A DNA stretch of 32,018 nt from Octopus bimaculoides (taxonomy: Eukaryota), in the NCBI RefSeq assembly GCF_001194135.2, contig NC_068994.1, positions 28,690,100-28,722,117 on the forward strand, written 5' to 3'. Each line of letters begins with the position of its first letter. Position 1 is the stretch's first letter. The notes beneath the pieces were generated by a model. The model was not told where the DNA came from and ran no database searches. It saw only the letters and a list, made by a program, of their open reading frames with translations. A program made the translations under genes and the position numbers. Shown in pieces: positions 10,961 to 22,679 of this stretch.

Positions 10961-11999
10961 ATTTAATTCCTCTCGTCTCACTTGCTACTTCTCAAACTCC
11001 CTCTATATCTATACAAATATCTAGCACACACAAACACACACATATAGAGACATTAAACGGAGACAAAAGACTAACCTTGGACCCAATAATATACAGATCG
11101 ACTGGTGGTGTGGAAGCGTTCAGCCCTCTAGAAACGGCGTGCCAGGCTTAACATTCTAGCAGCAGACATTCACCCCCTCAATCAATACTCCCTTTCTTAC
11201 ATGTGTCTAGGTACAGTCCTCTAGCTAGCTATTTATCAATGTTGTTAAATATCTATCTAAGTCATCCGTCCAAGTATTTAATTTTTTATTTCATTCATAG
11301 AGTGTGAGTGTATATGTATACATATATATGCGTATTTGAATAATTGAATATATAAATATTTATTTGTATATATATGTGTGTCTATCACTGTATGTGTGCG
11401 TGCAGTTGGGACGGTGTTCACTGAATTTGCGTATCCTCTCTAAAAACGTCATATTGAAAGAGTATATTGGTGTCATGAAAGACAGAGAGTTTGCAATAGC
11501 TTTAAAAAATTTTTTTATGAATCCATTTAGCTCTTTGAGTTAAAAAAGATAACATTTTATATTATAGATAAATAAACCTAGACCTGCACAAGTCGATCAG
11601 GTATGACTTCGGTATTTTAACCGTGATCATCCCGTCGATTTAGGGATGCATTACACTATCTGTATTCACTTGACTGTGATCCGAAGAAAATTTAGCTGTG
11701 GTTACTAACAGCTCAGGTGGTCACACAAGCTCTCTCGTTTACTCGATGGAGAGATGGTAAGATAAATAAGTAGATGGACAAATAGATAGATAAATGAATA
11801 AATGGTTGGAGCTAATAAATAAAGGCAAGATAATTATGAAAAGGTGTATATCTGAATACGGATAATGAGAGGAAATTATGTCACCGTCGAAAGCAACGTT
11901 TTACTGTACAGTGTCGAAAATACATGGAAGATAATTTTACAGAAATGTCAACGTTTCTTTTTTAGATAAATTATTCAGGAAAGGACAGGAATAGCAATG

Positions 12000-12700
12000 G
12001 CCATGACCTTTGTCTACCTTCCCAGATTGGTAAGATTGATGAGAGGAAGAACTTTACTGCGAAGGGAAAGCAAGACCTAGTCGGAATACTTTCAAAACTG
12101 GGAACTCTGCTGAAGGTACCAAAGTACAGGGAAGTGATGGTGTTAAACTGGGTAGTGTGTTAGGTCTACCATTCAAAATTAATTCAAGTAGAAACTGTTA
12201 AATTTTAGCAAGTTTCTTCGCGAGTTACTGGGGTAAGACTGAACGGGAGGAAGCTATAGTGCAGGGATGACAATACCGTGTTAGCCACAGAAGAAACAAA
12301 CGGAATATGGTATAACGGTAGTGATTAATAACGAAAATGTGGAAATGGACATACGACGTGAGATAAAATGAACTGGTAAGCGACGATTTATTCTCCGTTA
12401 TAAAATAAAATGGTTGACATACATGAAATAATGTAACAAGTTAAAACAAGGATGTGTGAGAGACTTCGTGGTTAGGCTGGACTGTTGGTCTTGTAGGCGA
12501 AGTTGAGTAGTTTGGTGGTGTGTAGAGGCAGCCGTTGGTCTGTTGGTTGTGTGGTCTTCATACAACAATGTAGGCAGGCGTCTGGTAGAGACGAAAGCAG
12601 AGACTGGCTGGTGACGGATACATCGTTGCCGGAGACGAGTTGCGTGTGCCGAAGAATTTCTTTATGTGCCTATAGGGGCATACATAGAGGGGACAGAACA
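12000..12700 (+). mobile_element. Possible heavily decayed LINE ORF1 (gag-like) fragment
   Basis: Fragments RQPLVCWLCG and DCWSCR resemble the zinc-knuckle region of L1/Tx1 ORF1; many stops. Confidence 0.3.
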
Positions 12701-12879
12701 AGAAAGGTCTTTACACAGGGCTGGGGTTACAATCCTAATGATAAAAATTGATTAAATCGGTATGTTAAATCGAATGAGAATAAAAACTAAATGATTATAA
12801 TAAACACAGTTCTGGGTTTTTATCTAACCCGTCGGCATTTTCCCTTTGTTTCCGTTCCTTTTTTCCCTTCTTTTTCGCC

Positions 12880-15800
12880 TTGACCGGCTACACTAGCACG
12901 GCCCCATTCAATCTCAGCTTCTTTACAAGTTATCCATCTTTTCTCGAACACTCTTTGAGCAGGCACTTTTTCTCCTGACGGATCTTTCTTATCAGGTGGT
13001 AGTTAAAATGACTTACCAACCCGTGTCCGGATAATAAAGTTGCCTGTCTCAATTCCCCTTCTATGCGTCATCCATACTGTGTCTTTCAGTATGGCTACTA
13101 CACAGAAAAAGACGACTCTCTTTCCTTCCTAAAGGAAGAAGGCGGTACGATCCTAATGATGGACTCAGTCGATAGCCGTACTCTTTCTGTTTCCGACATC
13201 AGTTGTTCGACATAGGCTTTCAGTCCCCTCAATTCCTCACAATATACGAAGGCGTGCGCGACAAGTTCACTGACGCGCCTGCACGTCGGGCATGTAGGGG
13301 AGGGGTCAAAACCGTGCCTTGATAACCTCTCTCGAATTGGTAAGGCCGATCGGTAGCACAGCCAAGGCAAGGATTTCTGGGAATTATCCATATACCTCGG
13401 CCCGAATGTCTTTCTGAACAGGTTGACTAGCTGGTTTCCATCGAAGCACAGAGCCTCCCATAGGACGTCGTCGGACTCGTGCTCATCCAACCCGCTATAA
13501 AAATCCGCAGTGGTAGCCCCGCTGCCGGCACTACTCGCCCTGGAGAACAGAGTGAATGCTTGTCTGCACTCCTTCTGCCATTCACCCATTCTAGGTCTTC
13601 ACTTGATCCATGCGCCTACGTAGGGAAGTTAATTGCGCATCATCATCCAAGGCATCCCTAACCCACCCTTTAACAGTTTCTGGCAGCAGATGGAGCACCT
13701 CACTAGTGGTGGTTTCCTTTTCCACAAAAATCGGAAAGGATCCGTTCCAACTTGGTCAGCCACACACCGGGGCAAGGCACGACAGTTAGGCAGTAGGTTA
13801 TCACAGATGCTATAAATACCTGTACAACCTCCGCCCTCCCTAGCAAGGATAGCGACCTCTCAGACCAGGTCTGGGTTATAGCCGTTATCTTGTCTGTGAC
13901 CTCGTTCCAGTTTTTCTCCATTTGGATATCTGGTCCAAACCAGACTCCGAGCAGTTTAACCGGGCCCTCCGTCCAACGTGCAACGACGCTGTTGGGAGGC
14001 ATCGACTTGCTCCTCCAGGTGCCGAGTTGCAAGCCGACTGATTTATCCTGGTTAACTTTTGCCCCTGCCACCGCGTCGTATCTTTTGATGGCGTCTTCTA
14101 CACGAGGTAGCTGCCCTTCATCAGACACGATATGGTGACATCATCCGCATACGCCATTGCTCCCTTATCGTAACATACATCNNNNNNNNNNNNNNNNNNN
14201 NNNNNNNNNNNNNNNNNNNNNNNNNNNNNNNNNNNNNNNNNNNNNNNNNNNNNNNNNNNNNNNNNNNNNNNNNNNNNNNNNNNNNNNNNNNNNNNNNNNN
14301 NNNNNNNNNNNNNNNNNNNNNNNNNNNNNNNNNNNNNNNNNNNNNNNNNNNNNNNNNNNNNNNNNNNNNNNNNNNNNNNNNNNNNNNNNNNNNCCCCGCA
14401 GTCTCCATACTCCGCAGAAGTGGCTCAAGACCCAATACATACAGAAGCGGGGATAGGTGGCAGACCTGGTGAACTGAACGCTCGATCGCGAACCGCTTCG
14501 AGAAGAAACCGTTCACTGATTCGATGTCGCTATACATTGATCAAGCCACGGAAAATCGGGCCCAGTACGACCGCCCGGAAGACCGCCGCCAGATACCGAT
14601 GGTCAACCCTATCGAATGCTTTAGACTGGTCTAAATTCACCAGTACCCCACCCTTGTCAGGAACTTTACTAACCCTCTCTATGGTGTAGCGAATGAGGTG
14701 AAGGTTGTCATGCATCGTCCTTCCTGGGATGGCGCATGTCTGCGCCTCTCTCACCAGGTTACCTACGACAAGCTTCACTCTCTTGGCTAACACCTTGGCC
14801 AGAATCTTCGACTCTGTGTTTAGCAGAATTATGGGCCTGAAATTATTAATGATATCCCCCTTGTTCGAGTCCTTCCTGGTCAGTGTTACTGCTTCCCGGC
14901 TCACAGACTTGGGAATTCTCCCATTCTGCTGCCAGTTTGCGTATACACCGGCCAAACAAATCTGGCATACTTTTATAAAATTTGTACGTTAGACCATCCA
15001 GTCCCGGCGACTTGTCCCCGGGGCACTCAGAAAGCACCTCTATAACCTCCGCAGCTGTGATCGGCCTCTCACAGCACTCAACCTCACGTGCCGAGATATG
15101 CGGGCCGCCGGCCAGAAAATCCCGAAGGGCATCCTCGTGGTCCACCGCCTCGCCCCTCGCGAACAACGCGGCGAAGTGCTCGTGAAAGGCCTTACACATC
15201 TCTTCCTGTCCTTGGATCTTCGGTCCATGCTCATCTACCAAAGACCTTATCGTAGCATCTATGCCACGTTGGGTTTCTACCGAGCGAGCCCACCTGGCAA
15301 CGTTGACACCCCCGCGATCCAGTGCACATACTTTTGCCCGAACTCTGCATCCTTCGTGTTTGGCATTGAGGTGTCGGTCCAAGGCCGATCTCGCCGTCAA
15401 AACTTGGGATGTAGAGCCCATTCTCAACGCCTCTTCTAACGCCTTAACTAAATTTCCTTCTACTCTAGCCTGTTCTAGACTTAACTGTTTGCTAAATTTA
15501 ACAGACTCAAGTCAAATGGCTCGTTTGAAGGCATACCACCACCGGTTATTTAACACAGTGCCAGTTAGTGCACTCATTACTAACTCCTTAACCTAGCTAC
15601 GGTAAGTTTCGCAAGTCAAAAGGGACTTGTTCAACTTCCAGTAGCCAAATCCTTGTCTATGGACTTTATTTATATGCATCCTACACGTCACTAATTTGTG
15701 ATCCGTGTAGGGTACATAGGTAAATTGTGGACAACTAAAACTAGCTTTATCTCTAGAATTAACTATTATCCTATCTATATAAGACCTGATTGATCCGTCA

Positions 15801-16356
15801 TTATTACTCTAAGTCCACATTGGAATGCTCAGATTATCAAGTCTGTATCGATCTGTCAGCTTAAATCGCTTCAGCAGATCGACGAGGCGTGAATCACATC
15901 TCCTATCGTTTGAGCCTACGCTATCCTGGCGTGCATCCAGAATAGCGTCAAAGTCTCCTAGCATAACTAGTGTCTTTGACGTCACAAGAAAGTTCTCCAG
16001 GCGTCGATAGAAATCATTCCGTCTGTCTGTCGTGCAAGGCGCGTATATGTCAACCAGCCTGAAGGCCTTACCTCTGAATGTTAGATCAAGAACGATCGAC
16101 TCACCTGGGTCCACAAAGATCGTACGCGTCTGCAGGAGCAAAACTACAACGCCCCTCCCCCCCTGTCCGACTAGGAGACATGACTTTCTCATAGCCATTC
16201 AAGAGAGTTGAGAAGGCCTGCAAGTTTGTTCAACTTGGTCTCTGTAGCAACCATAATATCTGTTCTATGTGACCTGAAGTCGTCGAGGAAACAAGCCTGC
16301 TTCCGCTTCGAGCTCAGGCCACGTACATTCAAACAACCTATACACAGTGTAGCCAT
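12880..16356 (-). mobile_element. L1/Tx1-clade LINE ORF2 pseudogene (APE endonuclease, RT, C-terminal CCHC), near full length
   Basis: Start MATLCIGCLNVRGL at 16356; APE DIYAP...LGDFDA; RT KSPGLDG, NFRPIILLN, NLDQSKAFDRVDH, CHLSPLLY, AYADD, KLLGVWFG; CPTC...HAFVYC. Multiple frameshifts and stops; N gap 14182-14393. Confidence 0.93.
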
Positions 16357-16944
16357 GTCATAAATCGAAAAAGAAGGAAAGTAGAGCTTACCTGCCCTTT
16401 CATCTTTCGAGAGGGTTGTTCTCAGTATTACTGAGGTCTGTTCCCTCTCCGCCTTCCTCTCATCCAGGCTTGGTTTCGCCGGTGGCGTGTGCCAAAGACC
16501 TAGAGCAGTTNNNNNNNNNNTTGGTTTCGCCGGTGGCGTGTGCCAAAGACCTAGAGCAGTTGAGAACTGCCGTTCTTATAGAGATCAGTAGGCTCCCAGG
16601 AGCTGGTGATTAATTTCCTGCAAAGGAAAAATAAATTGTTGCGCCAACACGATTGGATGGCTGGAAACCGACCAATACAAACAATAGGTTCGTTTAATCA
16701 CGAGGTCATGTGACCTGCTGGAACGAAAAGGGCTTGTGGAGCCGATATTCGGGTATTTAAGCCTAAATGAGTCAAAATGAAAACATCTCTCACATAATGA
16801 CAGTGTAAATTACTTCCGTTACAATGGGTACAGACGATCATAGTAATGATTATAGCTATAATGAGTTATGATCATTATGAGCCGACTATAGCTATGATGG
16901 TAATGTGATGGTTTACATCATTTTTTGTAAGTACTGAAATGTAG

Positions 16945-17265
16945 AATGAACAGATGACCTACTAGAAATAGCAGTCAAATATTGCTAAAACCACGTCCTA
17001 CTGGCTTAAAAAACGAAGGACATGGTAGACAACGAAATACTAGATACATAAGATAAGGAACAGCCATAACTGGAATGCCATTGATTATAAGGTCTGAGAG
17101 ATTAGAGTTGATCTATGATTAAATAACAAGAGACCTTTTACGTTGGTGCTTCTCCAACGTATCAAACCCTACCATCTTAAATAAAAGGATACATTGGTCA
17201 GTGATATACAAAAATAGGGGATGGTCATAACTAGAGGGCTGACTTGGAGCTAAACAATAACTGTT
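16945..17265 (+). mobile_element. SINE-like repeat (same family as 1415-1650) with a duplicated 3' end
   Basis: GACCTACTAGAAATAGCAGTCAAAT...; two tail-like segments ending GATTAAATAACAAG and GAGCTAAACAATAAC. Confidence 0.55.
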
Positions 17266-17352
17266 ATTACTACTACATGTTGACCACCACTACAGCATGA
17301 TGACCCTCTACTAAACTTAATCTTTTACTTGTTTCAGTCATTGGACAGACAT

Positions 17353-17354
<2 letters not shown>

Positions 17355-17401
<47 letters not shown>
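17355..17401. repeat. (AC)n microsatellite
   Basis: About 23 AC units. Confidence 0.97.
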
Positions 17402-17406
<5 letters not shown>

Positions 17407-17782
17407 ATAACGAATGACTTGTGAAGGGATATTTTTAGGCTCTATTAATGTACTGCGACATACCTTCCTGCCTCCCACATGTTCATTCGTGAGGACATTT
17501 TCACATCCATATGATTCTAGTAAATATTATTTATAGTATCTATGAATCTTGAGTATGCTTGCATTACATGCGTATGCTTCTTCAGGTATTTACATTAATG
17601 TCTTTTTGCTAATTCGATGTTTACATTCAAAGATATTTACCATTTTATCCCAATCAGGAAGCTCCATTAAATTTTGGGGCGTTACTTGTGATTCGTCACA
17701 GTTAATCAAAGAGAGCGACAAAGACAAAGGAGAAAAAGAAAAAGAAAATTGGGCGTTACTTGTGTTTCATCACAGCAAGTAA

Positions 17783-18327
17783 TGAACCATAAGTAACGCT
17801 GATTACTCTGTGAACACTGTAAAGGCTGTGAGATGTAACATGGACAGCTGCAACGGAGACTACGATGCCGTGGCCTGCAGGAAGGAACATAGTAGGCGTT
17901 CTGACAGCGTCTACGCGTCGGAATTCATCCCCGTATCTTTGAACAGGGCCTTAGGCTCAATTCAAACAGCTCCGTGAAGTTGCTGGATACTGTGGTCAAT
18001 CTCTGGCTGGAGAGGATTGCTGCTTGAAGATCATATGTATGGTAGCAGGATTCACCCCCTTGCCATACCTCGCTGCTGGAGAAATTCTACAACTTCACCA
18101 ATCCCAATTTTTGGTCTCCTAATTCCCCCGATTGTAATGCTATGGGTTATTATGTCAGCATGGTTGAGAGACAGCAACCGCTCTGCCTGCACCATCAAGG
18201 CCGAGTTGGTGACCAAGATCAAAGAAGTGTTCGAGGATCTTCTCAGGGACACTGTAAGGAACGCATGCAGCAGATTCCTGAGTCGTCTTGAAACCGTGGT
18301 GGAAGCTGAAGGCGGTTACTTTGCGTA
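17783..18327 (+). mobile_element. Internally deleted Tc1/mariner-superfamily (maT/DD37D-like) transposase relic
   Basis: SVNTVKAVRCNMDSCNGDYDAVACRKEHSRRSD fused to VW*QDSPPCHTS...FWSPNSPDCNAMGYY...CSRFLSRLETVVEAEGGYF. Family assigned from remembered motifs; DDD spacing is disrupted. Confidence 0.8.
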
Positions 18328-18337
18328 CGCGTGCACA

Positions 18338-18415
18338 CTTACATACATATACATATATATACACACATATATATACACACATATATATACACACATATAT
18401 ATACACACATATATG
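18338..18415. repeat. Compound TACA/TA/CA microsatellite
   Basis: Direct reading. Confidence 0.92.
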
Positions 18416-18506
18416 CTCATTCATATACTTAAACAAATACACTCACAATATTTTTGCAAGGAAAAGATAGACAGTGACTTGGATGTTTTGAACTACTCGT
18501 ATCTAT

Positions 18507-18546
18507 CTCACGAAAGCGATTTAGCCGAAACTTCGAAATCACTGTC
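18507..18546 (+). ncRNA. Degenerate hammerhead-like motif (related to 21393-21438)
   Basis: CTCACGA...GCC-GAAA-CTTCGAAA-TC-ACTGTC; G5 of the core is mutated and the 5' strand of stem I is lost. Confidence 0.35.
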
Positions 18547-18669
18547 AAACTTTTATTTGTAAAAAAACAAAATTTTTTGCATTTGCTACTCTACTTATGA
18601 TCCTTCAAGAAATATCCGACATTTTATTTATCATACATAGAAGCATACACACGCGCACGCGCGCACGCA

Positions 18670-20880
18670 CGTATGTTACCATACGTCCCAGTTTATCAGC
18701 ATTATTTCGGCATTCCGGCAGTTTGAAGTTATGTCCCGGTTTTTCTAAAATGTGGAATTTTTTTTTATTATGACTTTTATTCCGCTTTGTCAGAAAGGCC
18801 ACTAGGTATTCATACTGATTAGTCTTCTTAGTGCATTATGAAACATCTATAGCAGTAACCCAAACAGGATTTCAGTGCACACGCATCAACCATAAAATTC
18901 AGAATTGTTCCTTCGACTGAAAAAGAAAATGGCTATTGAAAAACTAGAATGTAAGGGATTTTTCACTAGATGAGAGAAACAATGAGGTCATCTGAACCCT
19001 GGCCCATTCACACATTAATAACTAATAAAATTAGGCCTTATGTAAGATAGGTTTTACGTATGAAATAGAGACAGACTGCAGAGCTTGTATAATTCAACTC
19101 GCCCCACAGACAATTCACCAAAATTACTAGAGGAACCTGTATGATTCGACAATGACAACTGATCGAAACATCTCTCTTACTCCATTTTTGTTTTTTATCG
19201 TTTACTCTGTCTTAAACCACTAATAACTGCCGGATAACTGCTAGAGTTTTGACTATCATACTTAATTCCACTCCCCCACCCCCTCTCTCCTCTCTAGACA
19301 CACACGCATTTGTGGAAACATACACCTCTCTCCTGTGGGTATTCACTTATTTTTCTTTTGCTATGCATACAAGTATGTACCTTTGGATTAAGTACAATGA
19401 ACTTTGTCGTTGCTTCATGAATAAGCAATTCGATCTGCATATTTCGTCTCTGTTTTTCTTGCTATGTTATTGACCGCATAAATTTCTCCTAACGTTGACG
19501 CATCCTCGAATAGACACTGGTGAGACATAGCCCATATTTCGCTTTACTTTGATATCTCATATATATTTACTTTTTAAAATGTTGATTTAGCCTTACAATG
19601 CCGAAAAGAGTGTGTACATTTACGAAAGATCTCAAGGATGACCTTTTCTTTAAAAAAAATGCTCTGTGTCAGCGGAGTAAAATATGATCACTATTTTACA
19701 GAGTTCTCTTGAAGGCACAAAGCAAGTTTTGTTGTTGTTCATCATGATTAAATACTGTTTTTTTTTTGTAAAATCAGAGACAACCGAATTGGAGCTTCTC
19801 GATGTCACCAAAGTAGCCACTTCTGCTTTTCATACAATTTCCCATAAATTGAATTGCAAGACATCAAAGTTGGTCTACAAACTTTTTGAGCCAATGTTTC
19901 GTCTAGCTCGGATAAAATGAGAAGCCATAATTTTAAATGTAATTGCATCATTGACTACATCTGAGCTTGTTAAATCCTAGCATTTTGTGACATTTTCTGT
20001 GGTTGCTTCGAATCAAGATGTTAAAATGATACTCTTCATTATTCGATATTACTTTCTTGATCAGAGGGGATTACTATGGTTGAGACGACTGAGATTTTGA
20101 CAAATGCCTTAGTCTCAGTTATTGACAATCGTGAGTTGATCGAAAAAAGTTCGTTGGATTTTGTGAAGACAGCCACAACACAAATTTTGGTGGTGTACAA
20201 CGAAAAGGCATGAACAACATATTTAGTGAATTAAAAACCAAACTTGAAAGAGACCTTGTTGGCATTGGCTGTGCTACACGCATTGTGCACACTTTCTCCA
20301 AATAGCTGTTAAACTATTACCAGTTGATATCGAAGCACTCTATGTGAAAATGTTCTGATATTTTCCCAAATACACAATTCGTGGCCCACAGCTTAAAGAA
20401 TTTTGTGAGTTTTCCAGAGTAGAATACAAAAAGCTATTACAACATAGCAATACCGGGATTTTGTCAATGCTTCAAGTGTTTGGAAGAATTCTTAACTTTT
20501 TTGCTGGTTTGAACTTTTACTTTTGTCTCTATGAACACTTCCCGGGACTGGTAAAGCAATTGAAGGAAAATGATTTTGGAGGAATGTATTTATAGTTTGC
20601 ACATGGACAGATTAGCCTTTTCAACAAATCGATTCCGGCTATGAGGAAGGACAATTCCAACGCAGCAGATATCACACTAGAAATGCAAAATCAGATACCA
20701 ATATAGAAGGAAGAAAAAACTGGAAATTTGCTAAGAAAACTCGAGAAAAAAATGGTGAAAGCATTGAAAAAGTGAAGAAAGAATTTAAAAGTTTTTATGA
20801 AAGATGTTTATCATACATTGACCGATGGAAACAAAACAGGACAAGCGGTTGAGTTTATGTAGTTAAACTGGAGAGAGATA
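18670..20880 (+). mobile_element. Degraded hAT DNA transposon (Blackjack-like)
   Basis: Left end GTTACCATACGTCCC resembles Blackjack-type TIRs. Transposase fragments from 19598: MPKRVCTFT..., FVGFCEDSHNTNFGGVQRKGMNNIF, IGIGC-like VGIGCATRIVH, LPVDIEAL...LKEFCEF...EYKKLLQHSNT. Right TIR not confidently found. Confidence 0.8.
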
Positions 20881-20889
20881 TATATATAG

Positions 20890-21519
20890 TAAAAATCCTT
20901 ATATTAATAGCAAAATAGCCACTCCAATCTTAACCTTCTTAAAACCCCAGTTTAAAATTTCTTAGAAATCGAATATCACCGACAATTCAACATATGTCTT
21001 ATATATGCTGTGTGACCAACTAATTTATCTATAAATATTCTTTGTGTATCTTAAACATAACAAAAACTAACTGTCAATACAGAGAATGTTGTAACTTGCA
21101 TTTGACACACCCGTTAACACGGTTACTTCCATGCTTGACTGAACCCTAAACAATAACAAAATTCCCACATCAAACCAAATAAAATTTCCTCACAATAACT
21201 TTCTATCAACCTACACTCTACACATAATACTTTCCTCTTATCCTTCTCTATCTCCTTTTCTATACAACTACTTCTCCGATTTAACTACAGTACACCTGAA
21301 TTGAATTATCATTCCACTTAGCTACACGTAGCCCTTAAAAAAAAAACAATTTGGCCAAGGACTATATAAAGCCCAAAAGAACTCGAGTAAGGCACAGTTT
21401 GATGAAGGCAAACAAGCTGAAACTTCGAAGTTATTGTCAATCTTTTTTTTTTTGTCCAATTTTGAAAAACAAGTAACCTACTAAAAGCATTTAGAAATAC
21501 TTCAGTTTAACATTAAATT

Positions 21520-21520
<1 letters not shown>
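20890..21520 (+). mobile_element. Penelope-like element terminal fragment (tentative)
   Basis: Ends in a hammerhead-like motif and abuts (TA)n; no intact RT or GIY-YIG ORF seen. Confidence 0.35.
21393..21438 (+). ncRNA. Type I hammerhead-like motif with one core mutation
   Basis: ACAGT-TTGATGA-a-GGC aaacaa GCT-GAA-ACTTCGAAGT-T-ATTGT. Stem III is a perfect 10-nt palindrome; C3 is changed to U. Confidence 0.5.

Positions 21521-21524
<4 letters not shown>

Positions 21525-21558
<34 letters not shown>
21525..21558. repeat. (TA)n microsatellite
   Basis: Direct reading. Confidence 0.97.
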
Positions 21559-21561
<3 letters not shown>

Positions 21562-21615
21562 AGAGAGAAAGAGAGATAAATGGAGTTAAACGCAAGTTTT
21601 ATTCAAATTCTTTTA

Positions 21616-21703
21616 CTTCCGACATATGTTTCGAAGACAACATTAGTATTATTCCAGAGGAAATAAAATAGTATAAAACAATACAATCTTCTCATCAGGG
21701 AAA
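21616..21703 (-). ncRNA. Type I hammerhead ribozyme motif with intact core (Penelope/retrozyme-like, palindromic stem III)
   Basis: Minus strand reads TTTCC-CTGATGA-GAAGAT-(long AT-rich loop)-GTCTTC-GAA-ACATATGT-C-GGAAG. Stem I TTTCC/GGAAG, stem II GAAGAT/GTCTTC, palindrome ACATATGT, GUC cleavage triplet. Confidence 0.7.
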
Positions 21704-21779
21704 GAAAGAAACCAAACACATCAATAAGACAGTTTAACAGAATGTGATGACAGCGTACTTATAGCCCGTCTCTTCTATC

Positions 21780-22630
21780 TGCTTCATAACCTCCCCGACA
21801 GTATCGCTAGCCCGTCCATACATTTGATTTTGCCTCTCTTCAAGACTAACACACCACACTTTTTCAGTCCGAACTCCATTCTGATATCAGCACTGACACT
21901 GAAGATATACACCGTATTAATGAGGGAACTGACTTGGGATTCATCTTTACCATAAAGTTTGAGGTCATCCATGAATAACAAATGGTTGACTTTTTGTTGG
22001 CGGCTTTTGAATACAAACCCAGCATTTGCTTTCCTCAGAATCAGTGTTAGTGGTATCATGCACAGTACAAAGTTCAGTGGGGGACAGGCAGTCCCCTTGG
22101 AAGATGCCTCTCCTGATTTCTATTGTCCCTAAACTTCTTCCATATGCTGTCTGTTCCGTCCTCCACCTCGCCATATTTTTTTCCAAGCAATCACTCAATA
22201 TTCAATGCAATACCAAATAGGTTCTTACATTTCATAATCCAAGAATGTGGGATCATATCGTACGCCTTACGATAATCATTCCCTGGCATGGCTAAGTTAC
22301 TTTTCCTCCTCTTGCAGTCTCTGAGTACAGTTTTGTCTACCAGGTGTTGATCCTTAGTACCCCTGCCCTTATGCTTGCAACCCTTCTACTTATGGGGCAG
22401 GACTTCATTTTTTCCAGATGTCCGTACATTGACTCTGTGATTATTCCAGTCAATAATTTCCACAAAAGTGGCAAGCACAGCACTGTCCTACCCATTGTCA
22501 ACCACTCTGGTGTTACTTGGTCGGAATTTAACAAGGTATTGAGTTGCGCAGCTATTCGTGCATGACAGTCACCAAATCTTTTGATCCAGTAACCTTGAAC
22601 TCCATCTGGTCCCGGGGTCTTCCAGTTGCC

Positions 22631-22679
<49 letters not shown>

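Noticed and set aside
16471-16561. 41-bp exact direct repeat either side of a 10-N gap
   Set aside because: Typical unmerged contig overlap; treated as an assembly artefact.
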